Both the position numbers and the translations under genes were made by a program. A DNA stretch of 63,298 nucleotides from Octopus bimaculoides (Eukaryota): contig NC_069003.1 of assembly GCF_001194135.2 (NCBI RefSeq), forward strand, positions 31,159,005 to 31,222,302, written 5' to 3'. This document shows positions 52,915-63,298 of the stretch, one piece after another. Positions within the stretch are counted from its first letter, which is position 1; every line of letters starts with the position of its first letter. The notes beneath the pieces were generated by a model. That model saw nothing but the letters and a program-made list of their open reading frames with translations. It ran no database searches and was not told where the DNA came from.

Positions 52915-53880
52915 CATNNNNNNNNNNNNNNNNNNNNNNNNNNNNNNNNNNNNNNNNNNNNNNNNNNNNNNNNNNNNNNNNNNNNNNNNNNNNNNNNNNN
53001 NNNNNNNNNNNNNNNNNNNNNNNNNNNNNNNNNNNNNNNNNNNNNNNNNNNNNNNNNNNNNNNNNNNNNNNNNNNNNNNNNNNNNNNTGTCATCATAACC
53101 ATCATCATCATCATTATTTCCACCCTCCTCTTCCTCCTCCTTCACTTCATCATCATCCTCGTCATCATAATCATCATCATCATTCTCATCATTATCATCA
53201 TCATCATTTCCACCCCCTCCTCCTCATCATCATCATCATCCTCACAATCTTCTTCCTCATCTTCATCATCCTCATCATCATCATCATCATCATCTTCATA
53301 CCCCTCCTCCTCCTCCTNNNNNNNNNNTGTATATATATCATCATCATCAGCATCATCATGCTCATCAGCATCATCATGCTCATCATCATCATCGTCATTA
53401 TCCTCCTCCTCTTCATCCTCATCATCATCATCCTCATCATAATCATCCTCATCATCATAATCATCATCATCATCCTCCCCTCCTCCTCTTCCTCCTCCTC
53501 CTCCTCTTCCTCCTCTTCCTCCTCATCATCATCTTTGTCATCATAACCATCATCATCATCATTATTTCCACCCTCCTCTTCCTCCTCCTTCACTTCATCA
53601 TCATCCTCGTCATCATAATCATCATCATCATTCTCATCATTATCATCATCATCATTTCCACCCCCTCCTCCTCATCATCATCATCATCCTCACAATCTTC
53701 TTCCTCATCTTCATCATCCTCATCATCATCATCATCATCATCTTCATACCCCTCCTCCTCCTCCTCCTCATCATCATCATCATGATAATGACAATGGTAA
53801 TGGTGATGATGATGATGGTGACAACAACAATGATGATGATGATGACAATGGTGGTGATGATGCTGATGATGATGATGACA
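52725..53880. repeat. (ATT)n / (ATC)n / (CCT)n compound triplet tract with gaps
   Basis: Directly visible. Includes a 230-bp block duplicated at 53088-53317 and 53536-53765. Confidence 0.9.
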
Positions 53881-55492
53881 ATGGTAGATGGTGGTCACTG
53901 TTATGAATGTTTCAAATAGCTCGCGGGCCTGTTTCCTTACTATACAATTGCCTGTGTGCATAATAAATCAATCAGTCAAATAATTAATGGAGCAGTTAAC
54001 CCTCATTCCTTTTCCTTAGAACTTAAAAGTTATTGTCATAGAATTTCAAAATCCTTCTAGATTCATACTATATGGAAGCGGGATGGTTAATAACAGACAT
54101 GTCAAATGCCCAACTTTGATCTTACCAGATTCACAATCCTGGGAGGTGAAGATGTCACGAAATCTAGGAGTATGCTGCTCTTTGAGAACAAAGTGCTAGG
54201 AAGGCTGTTGCTATCTAAAATATTTATTTGCTGGTGAATCGGTGGAAGAACGGTAATTATAAAGTAACTAGAGAAGGGAAAGAATGGGAAAGGTTAACAG
54301 GGTGTACAATAAATGTATGTAAAACAAATAGATTATCTGCCTCTTTAGTGTGTCCAATAAATATTAAGTGGTTTAATTCAGTTAAGGTGAATTCAATTAT
54401 AATAAAGTGAATTAAAATTGAACCAAATTTAGTTAGGAAAAGAGTACTTGATATATTACATAATAGGTAATTTAAGAAAGAAAAAGGAGAATCTGTTAGA
54501 AGAAAATGCAGGCATTAATCTTATTTATAACTAGGGAATTTAATTATGTGAGACTTTTGGATGGAAATTTTAAGAATGTTTTGCGAAATAAGTGAGAACA
54601 ACTAATTAATAAACTTATTATGCTGGTTTAATTAAGCTGTATTGACAACTGAGTATTTTGAGTGCCTCCACTGAACACAACTTACAGTCCTCACTACCTC
54701 TTCTGTAAGGAAGGGTACTACCTATAATAGATCCATGAAATAGAGTGGTTGGTATTCCACCTTTTGAGATCCTAAATAATCTTTGGGATAATCTTTGTAT
54801 TATTCCTCTCCAAAATTGCTGGTCTTGTGCCAAAATTTGGAACCAGCTTGGAACATACTTATTTAAATTTTGTCCGTATTGATACCTGCGGTTTTACTGT
54901 AATTGAATTATAATTAAAGGCAATTAATCAGTCTTCAGTTATTAAATTTTTCTGAGGACAGTCGTTGGCTTTCTCATTCACAATGCAAATTTGCTACCAT
55001 CAGCGACTAATGTCAGTCTTATACAACACCTTGGTTGGCAGCAGAACAATTAAATGACAAAACTGTGTAGGTGTACAAAATTCCAATTAGATAAATAATT
55101 GTTTTATTATTGGTAATTTAGTTAGAACATGGCAGAATATAGCATGCACATTAATAAGGAGTGAGAGGTCCATTTTGCGAAAATCTTTCGAAGTTTAGAA
55201 CTTAAATTCTCTGATGTGTTATCACATTAATAGCATCTAGATGCAGGCTTGACTGTGCGATTAAGAAGCTTGCTTCGCAATCATATGGTTTCAGGTTCAG
55301 TCCCACTGTGTGGTACCTTAGATAAGTGTCTTCTGCTGGGCTGGCCAATGTCGTGTGAGTTGACTTGGTAGACAGAAACTGTGTAGAAGCCCATTGTACA
55401 TACATACATACATACATACATCTGCGCTTGTGTGTGTCTGTGTCTGTGTCTATTTGTGAACACCACCTACCACCACTTGACAACAGGTGTTG

Positions 55493-55554
<62 letters not shown>

Positions 55555-55562
55555 CATTATTA

Positions 55563-55594
<32 letters not shown>

Positions 55595-55598
55595 TTTA

Positions 55599-55650
<52 letters not shown>

Positions 55651-56298
55651 CATTATTATTATTATTTTAAAAGCAAAGATGAAATCAATACTTTCTCAGT
55701 TAAGAACCATTTGAAACTAATAGCCATGCCATAAAGATTATACTCTGTAAACTGAAATTGAACAAGATTATACATATGTGTACATGCATGCGTGTGTGAT
55801 GTGTGTGTGTCTGTGCACACACACACATACACACACTGACACACACACAAACATACACACACACACACATACACGCAGAGTCATAAAATGGTTTATGTAC
55901 AATATTTATATCTTTTTGTTTTATATTATCGTTTTTGTTGTCAGTTGGAAAAATCTGTGTTTTGAGAATATTTTTCAGTGTTTTGTTTCGAATACTAATA
56001 TCTTGAGAGAACTTTACCTCCAGCCCAAAGACTTAACAACAGGCATAAAACTATCAAATACCAAACAGTTGATATGGAGATATAAGGTGAATTGCTGCAC
56101 TGAGGCATGAAACAAACTAAAAGCAAATTAATGGGACTAAAAATGCTTGAAGGTACTGCCTCAGTATACCTGCAGTCTTGTAACTGAAACAGATAGAAAA
56201 GTAGTATGAAAGAGCCATCTATGTATCATACTAAATGTATATACTCCATTAACAGGCAAGATATTGCAGTTTTTGTCAAAGATAAAATCTCTTATAGA

Positions 56299-56680
56299 GG
56301 TGATGAGAGTATGTGGTAAGAAGTTTGCTTACCAATCACATGGTTCTGGGTTCAGTCTCACAGCAAGACACCTTAGGCAAGTGTCTTCTGCTATAGCCTC
56401 AGGCTGACCAATGTCTTGTGAGTGGATTTGGTGGACAGAAACTGAAAGAAGTCCATCATAAAATTGTGTATGTGTGTGTGTGTCTTTGTGTGTGTCAGTG
56501 TTTGTCCACACCACTTTACAACTGGTGTTAGTATGTTTATGTCCCTGTAACTTAGCAGTTTGGCAAAAGGGACTGATAGAATAAGTAACTACTGGCATCA
56601 ATTCATGTGACTAAAATTCTTGAAGGTGGTGCCCCAGCTGGGTCACAGTCTAATGACTGAAACAAATAAAACAATTAAAG
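56299..56680 (+). mobile_element. Family C SINE, full length
   Basis: Colinear with 29327-29712. Confidence 0.85.
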
Positions 56681-56980
56681 AATAATAGAATATATTAGAA
56701 AGAAATGAAAAACCAGATAGTTTGCAACCTCTTGGGGCCTTGTTAATGACATGCAGTTGTGGCCATATGCTTAGACAAAACTTTTCATCCCCAGTATATA
56801 ATAAAGAAGCAATAATACATTCACTGATATTGGGAATAGCTACTGAGCTGAATATAAACTCAGTGTATGCAATTCAAGTCATATTGAATTAAAATAGTCA
56901 TCTGTGTATCATACTTAATATATGTGTGTGTGTGTGTGTATGTATATGTAGATATATGTATGTGTGTGTGTATATGTATG

Positions 56981-57036
<56 letters not shown>

Positions 57037-57040
<4 letters not shown>

Positions 57041-57282
57041 CTTTTGTTATCTCCCCTTTTTCGTAGCTCTCCTGCATGAACTTTCAGTCCGGCAGTCGCC
57101 ATGGTAGATTGCTGACCAAAACATTCAATTTTTTTTCTCTGTGTTTTTCTCCTTGTTTTCTCCGTATTCTTTCTGTTGAAGAGCGTAGCTCGAAATGTAT
57201 TCCCGAGCGTTAAACTAATACATCCTTTTGTTGTTTACACCACTTGTCCTCGTCTGTTGTTGTTTTTTTCGTAAATTCTCCC
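57037..57282 (+). mobile_element. (TA)n-flanked repeat with degenerate Penelope-type hammerhead-like motif
   Basis: CUGUUGA-A-GAGC(GUA)GCUC-GAAA-UGUA at 57173-57199. The element is bounded by (TA)n tracts on both sides. Confidence 0.4.
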
Positions 57283-57759
57283 ATATATATATATATATAT
57301 TTATATATACTCTTGACATGCAAGATATAACAGTTTTCATCTGCAAGTGTATGTATGTGTATGCATGTATGTATATGCATATGTGTGTGCATGCATGTAT
57401 GTGTGCATGTGTGTATGTGTGTGTGTGTGCATGTGTGTGTATGCATGTGCATGTGTGTGTGTGTCTGTCTGTCTGATTGACTAAAAATTCTTGAGGGCAG
57501 TGCTGCAGAATGGTCCAGAATGCACTGACTGAGAAAATCCAATTAATAAAAGATCACTATCTGCTGCTTGTTCTATTAATTATGGCAAAGCCTTTTACAA
57601 GTTCTAAGCACATTTCAGATGTTTTATGGCACTGACGTAACACCAAACTCATGGCCTGCATTAAAGCAAACTTATTTTTTTTTTGTATGTGACATCCCAC
57701 CAAATTGAACATACAACTACAAACTACCTGTGAGCAATAAAAATCATATACAATGAGGC

Positions 57760-57767
57760 TCTCACAT

Positions 57768-57800
<33 letters not shown>

Positions 57801-58187
57801 ATTGCAATCTCCATCTCTACCCTTTCCGCATATTTACCTCTTTATCTATATATCTATCTGTCTATCTATCTGCCTATCTATCCATCTATTTTTTTTTTTT
57901 GCCCCTACTGATCCCTTTTGATCGGATTTTTTTAAATTTTTTTTTAAAGAAAAGCTCTANNNNNNNNNNNNNNNNNNNNNNNNNNNNNNNNNNNNNNNNN
58001 NNNNNNNNNNNNNNNNNNNNNNNNNNNNNNNNNNNNNNNNNNNNNNNNNNNNNNNNNNNNNNNNNNNNNNNNNNNNNNNNNNNNNNNNNNNNNNNNNNNN
58101 NNNNNNNNNNNNNNNNNNNNNNNNNNNNNNNNNNNNNNNNNNNNNNNNNNNNNNNNNNNNNNNNNNNNNNNNNNNNNNNNNNNNNNN

Positions 58188-58226
<39 letters not shown>

Positions 58227-58277
58227 GCCTATTTATCTATCTATCTGTTTCTTTCTCTCTCTATCTATCTATCTGTT

Positions 58278-58343
<66 letters not shown>

Positions 58344-58401
58344 AATCTGTTTTCCTCTCACTCTCTATCTATCTATTAATCAATCTGTTTTTCTCTCACT
58401 C

Positions 58402-58448
<47 letters not shown>

Positions 58449-58460
58449 CTTCTCTTTTTT
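57760..58460. repeat. (CT)n / (CTAT)n microsatellite around a gap
   Basis: Directly visible. Confidence 0.9.
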
Positions 58461-59332
58461 ATTTTTAAAAACTCAAAAATTTTATTAACCACACCAGAGT
58501 TTATTGATTCCATTATCCGCTAGAAATTGGAGGTAATTCGGATGTAGGCTTCTAGCCATTATTTTTCCCCCCCTTTTCTTTAGTCTTTTGTTTCCTTTCA
58601 TTTCTTCTTGTAGTTATTTTAGCTTTTCACTTTTATCTTCCTTTCCATTCTTTCGGAGAACCCAACCAAGAATAAACCAAAACTGACAGAAACTCCTCAA
58701 TGCTTACATTAAACACATTCATTGTAAAATCCCTGCGAAACCAATTTCCAATACTTTCAATGATTCCGTTTTGGTTTGTTTCGGTGGGGGGGGGGGATTT
58801 TTTTTTTTTCTTTTTTCCTATGGCATATTCAATAATTCAAACAGCTCCACAGTTTGTCAAAGTGCATCAAAGCATGACAAAAACTCACCATTGAACAATT
58901 CCTAAAATGTGTTAAAAGTATTAAAAAAAAATCTTTTCTAACAAGCTATTTTGAATGCATCCGTAAAGCCTAATTCCTCAACAATAATTAATTCAAACTT
59001 GTTGTGTTCTGGGAATCCCTTCCGTAGACAAAGAAAGAGAAAGAGAGAAAGAGTGAGAGAGAGAGTATCATATGAATCGACCAGCCTACATTAGTTACGG
59101 ATAAAAGAGTAGGGATATATGCCTTTCATTTGTTTTTGTTGTTGTCATTGTTGTTGTTGCTGTTGTTAAAAATCTGCTCCTGGTTTATAAAAATATAACC
59201 CTCCAGCTTTAATATTATTTTTTCCATTGCAAATGTAATCATCATCATCGTCATCATCATCATCATCGTCATCATGATCATCATCATCATTAGAGGTAGT
59301 GACGGTGGCAGCAGCACTGGTGGCAGTGGCAG

Positions 59333-59369
<37 letters not shown>

Positions 59370-60010
59370 GTCATTGTTCTTGATATCATCATCATCATCA
59401 ACATCATCATCATCGTCACCATTGGTTTCATCACTGTCATCATTGTCATCACCACCATCATCATCATCATCAGCATCATCGGTTTCATCATAGTCAACAT
59501 TGTCATCATCATCATTATGGCCGTCATTGTCATCGTCTTCCTCCTCCTCATCATCATCATTTTAACGTTGACCACTTTTCCATGCTTTCCATGGGTCAGA
59601 CAGAGTTTTTTTCTGACAGGTTTTTTTATGGCTAGAGGCCCTTCTCTCAGTCCCCAACGTTCACCAGTTTCCAAGCAAGGGAATATTTGAACCCCACCCT
59701 GCTCTCCATGGTCAGAAACATCCGCATGGAATATCATAAATGAATGACATGGCTTGTATGACATTGACAATCATTTTACAACCATCATGTAATGTCAAGA
59801 CAAGGAGATACAAACACATGCTCACACACACACACACACACACACACACATGCACGAAGACACACACGCACACAAACATACACACATTCACACACACACA
59901 CACACACATTCCTACTGGTGGCAGTGGCGACAACTTCCACTCGCACCCAAGAATTTTTCTTCTTTGCTGAACGCTTCCTTTATGGTGATGTCGTTGATGA
60001 ATCTGTAGAC

Positions 60011-60688
60011 CAGTGGTTCCCAACCAGGGGCGACTTGCCCCCTTGGAAGCAAAAATCAAATTCTGGGGCGGGCGGGCAGGTTGATGAATACAATCTTCGA
60101 TTGGCGACTGTACTCACAACAGGCAATCACGCATCCAGTACATCATGACAACAAGGGCTCTTCTCAATAACTGTGGTTAAGCCATAAAACCAACACTTCT
60201 TAATTCAAATACAGTAACTATGCACCTCAACAAGTGCGTTATCTTCCAGGATTAATTCATCAATTTATAATGACTCATTCATCACTGAATCTTTTACCTT
60301 TGGCAGACGCCCATAAAATTATTGTGCCCCCAAATTCTAGTTACACAGGCATAACTCCGGGACTAAAAATATAAGCCCTATTCTAAATCAGTCATTGAAC
60401 ACTGTTATAAAAACAATAAACAAAATTAAATCTAACAGTAAATGAGGAAAATTTTGTGCTGATGCTGAGGAACAATATATAAGACTTCGTTTGCACACTG
60501 ATGTCCGTTGGCTATTCAAAGGCAACTGCTTTGAAAGGTTTGTAAACTTATCTAATACAATAGCTGTATTCTTACAAACAAAAGGACACTCGAACTTAGC
60601 CACTGAAATTCAAGCTCAAGAGAAGAACATTCACTATCTTAGATGGATTTCCTGTAAGCTGAACGAGGTCTGTAGTGGTCAAGTGTAG
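60011..60688 (+). mobile_element. hAT (Buster/Charlie-type) transposon remnant: left TIR plus transposase pseudogene fragment
   Basis: TIR CAGTGGTTCCCAACC at 60011, preceded by CTGTAGAC (nnnTAnnn). Frame 60365-60688 reads KNISPILNQSLNTVIKTINKIKSNSK*GKFCADAEEQYIRLRLHTDVRWLFKGNCFERF...HYL, resembling the Buster-type LLLHTEVRWLSKG motif. One in-frame stop. No right TIR seen. Confidence 0.85.
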
Positions 60689-61134
60689 TACAAAAGATGT
60701 TGAGATAACAGGTGAGATAAGCATGTGGACACCTTCAAAGTAAACAATGGAATAATATCGGTTTGTAGTTTAAATGATTTATTTAAACGACACTTGCGTT
60801 TGCTTGTTATATACACAAATATTCACTACATCAATTCGTTACCAACTGTTTCAAGCTGGCGAAGAAATTAACAGGGTACGTGTGGGACTGAACCTGGAAC
60901 GATATGGTTGGGAAGCAAAACTCCTTACCATGCAGCCACATCTGTGCCTCCCAAAAAGAATAAGAGGAAAAGAGAAAGCAAATAAAAGAGCCTCTACATG
61001 GTTGCATAGTTTTGCAAGAAAAAGGAACTAAATCTCTCTCAAATCACAACCTGGTCTTAAAAAAAAACAGGAGAGTGCAATAAAGCATTTGTATGTATGT
61101 GCTTAGATCAGAGCCAAATTAAGACCCATAGAGT

Positions 61135-61432
61135 TTTGGATTAGAGAAATGCACCAAGGTAACTTTGAAGAGAGAGAGAGAGAGAAATTAATTAGAAATA
61201 CTAATGTCATGCTAGATAAAGGAACTGATAAGAGAATTAAACTAAACACAGACGAAGAAATACTTAGGAATCAATGAACTATTGTAAATGTATAATGCAA
61301 ATAATTGAAAGAACAGATTAAAAGTGCTAACTGGAAAAAAATACTGACGTAACAGAAATCAATATGCTAACAGTCCTAGTAATAGGTTAAAGTTAACTAT
61401 TTTCACTTGAACTAAAAAAGACTTGTCAGAAA
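61135..61432 (+). pseudogene. Decayed reverse transcriptase fragment of an R4/Rex6-like non-LTR element
   Basis: FGLEKCTKVTLKR...IRELN*TQTKKYLGINE...INMLTVLVI...*TKKDL, resembling FGLDKC..KYLG..AINTLAVPV..WT motifs. Many stops and frameshifts. The clade assignment is inference. Confidence 0.6.
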
Positions 61433-61807
61433 AACTAATTATAATAATCTTTTCTACTATAGGCACAAGGCTTGAGGTTTTCAGTGGAGTGGAGGGTGGG
61501 GTTACTTGATTACATTGGCTTCAGTGCTTAACTGTGCTTAACTGCACCTAGAAAGTTACCCTCTGTGACACAAGTCCAGGCAAAGTTGTTTATGGGAGAC
61601 CAGCAGTCGCTCATGCAGACCAATCTCCCCTCTCCATGTCACTGATATTTATTTCTCTATTGCCCATGGGGGGGGGGGCTAGACATAGAGGAGACAAACA
61701 AGGACAGACAAAGGGATTAAGTCGATTACGTCGACCCTGATGCATAACTGGTACTTATTTAATTGACCCTGGAAATGGAAATGGAAATGGAAATTGTAGT
61801 TGTGGCT

Positions 61808-62159
61808 GATGCCAGTGCCACCTGAGTGGCTCCTCATGCTGGTGGCATGTAAAAAGCACCATCTGAACATGGTCAATGCCAGTCTCCCCCACTATTGGCT
61901 CTTGTGCTGGTGGCACATAAAAAACACCATCCAAATGTGGTCGATGCCAGTGCTGCCTGACTGGCTCCCATGCTGGTGGCATGTAAAAAGCACCCCCTAC
62001 ACCCTCGGAGTGTTTGGCATCTACTGTAGGGCATCCAGCTGTAGAAACCTTCCCAGATCAGATTGGAGCCTGGTGCAGCCTACTGGCTCACCAGTCCCCA
62101 ATTGAACCGTCCAACCCATGCCAGCATGGAAAGCAGATGCTAAACAATGATGATGATGA
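61808..62159 (+). mobile_element. Family D retroposon with three tandem 67-68-bp internal modules
   Basis: Modules start at 61808, 61875 and 61943 (GATGCCAG...GGTGGCA(T/C)(G/A)TAAAAA(G/A)CACC), followed by the family D tail and (GAT)n. Confidence 0.8.
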
Positions 62160-63249
62160 TATATAGTTGAAATTTATAGAAAAACAAATGACAAAGACAG
62201 GTGTATGAACAACAAGCAAGTGTATTAGCTTGATGCTTCAGAAAATGAAGAAGTCTTTTATGTTTTGAGCCTAGGCTCTTCAACAGAAAGGAATAAGAGG
62301 AAATAAACAGGATGAAAAAAAAACTTGTAGACCCCCACCCATCATCACCACCACCACTACTACTACTAGTGATATTAGTGCTTTTGGCTCTAGTTGTAGC
62401 TCTAGTGATGGAAGTAGTGGTGATAGTAGTAGTAGTGGTTTGTGGTGATGGTGGGAGCAGTGGTGATGGTGGGAGAAGTGGTGATGGTGGGAGCAGTGGT
62501 GATGGTAGTAGTAGTAGTAGCAGCAGTAGATGACATGGTAGAAGTACTACCAATTCCACAATGTTTTATTTCTCTCACCCTCGCAGAAAAACTGAAACAT
62601 TTTGCTTAGATTTCTTTGAAAATAATTCATTTTCCCCACCATGCTGCAATTCCAGGCTCATAAAAATGGCTACAAAGTGAAAATATATTACTTCTTCAAA
62701 GAGTCACTTTGGTAATGATTAAGGTTGGCATCTAATTGACACGAGATTTTAGACAGCTTTACCAAAAAGTAAAATCTACAAGAATAAAACGTGAGTAAAG
62801 ACAAGAGGGAGCCTTTTCTCTTTGTTTTTTTTTTCCTTCACAATTTGCTCACTCAAAGAGAATTGAACGATCTAAAGTACATATCTTGCTTTTAAATTTT
62901 GTTGTTTTTTTTCTGCTTCGTTTTTGATATTTTTTTGTTTTGTTTTATTTTTCCAGCACATTCTAATAAATTCTTTCATTTTTACCTACCTTGAAATTAA
63001 ATAAACTTCTGTCACCTTTGACTGCTTTGATAGTTAAAATCTTTCTGAAGTGAATTTTTGTCAAATGGTTTCCATATGTCTTTATCTCTTATATCCAACT
63101 TGTTTCATTCGTAACACTGCAGCATTGCTGGGGGTCTTGTATGGTTCAGTCGAATGAATTCACTACAAAACTTATTTTCTCTTTTTAAGCCTGGAACTTA
63201 CTCTATCAATCTCTTTTGCCAAATTGCTAAGTTACATGGACACAAACAT

Positions 63250-63298
<49 letters not shown>

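Noticed and set aside
53088-53765. 230-bp exact duplication and acidic poly-D/E ORFs
   Set aside because: Low-complexity sequence adjacent to gaps, likely an assembly artefact. The ORFs are triplet repeats.
62660-62796. Plus-strand exon ending at GTGAGT (62791)
   Set aside because: The longer candidates contain stops in all frames, and the short candidate has no recognisable similarity.

Overview
Eukaryotic, AT-rich, extremely microsatellite-rich scaffold with many N gaps. The repeat families and composition suggest a coleoid cephalopod, most likely Octopus (inference). Only one host coding segment is supportable: a minus-strand 79-nt first coding exon (31324-31246, MALILHLKSVDNLRSTCNRKAKVTFR-G|gtaag) of an otoferlin-like ferlin gene. 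Sequence below 31246 is therefore probably one very long first intron (no exon 2 found), and sequence above it is upstream or intergenic. The rest is at least six recurring SINE-like families (my working labels A-F), two intact piggyBac-type MITEs, hAT/Buster remnants, decayed non-LTR retrotransposon fragments, foldback elements, minisatellites and microsatellites. The most unusual signal is a set of minimal Penelope-type hammerhead ribozyme motifs. Two sit inside a tRNA-headed SINE-like element (1618-1870, intact core; 17170-17397, stem III deleted), one is unrelated with an intact core (4691-4726), and one is degenerate (57173-57199). The otoferlin ATG is also overlapped by the stop of a 6-codon uORF (TAATG). 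Nearly all ORFs in the supplied track are microsatellite or N-gap artefacts. Repeat boundaries were read by eye and are approximate (about +/-10 bp) unless motif coordinates are given.
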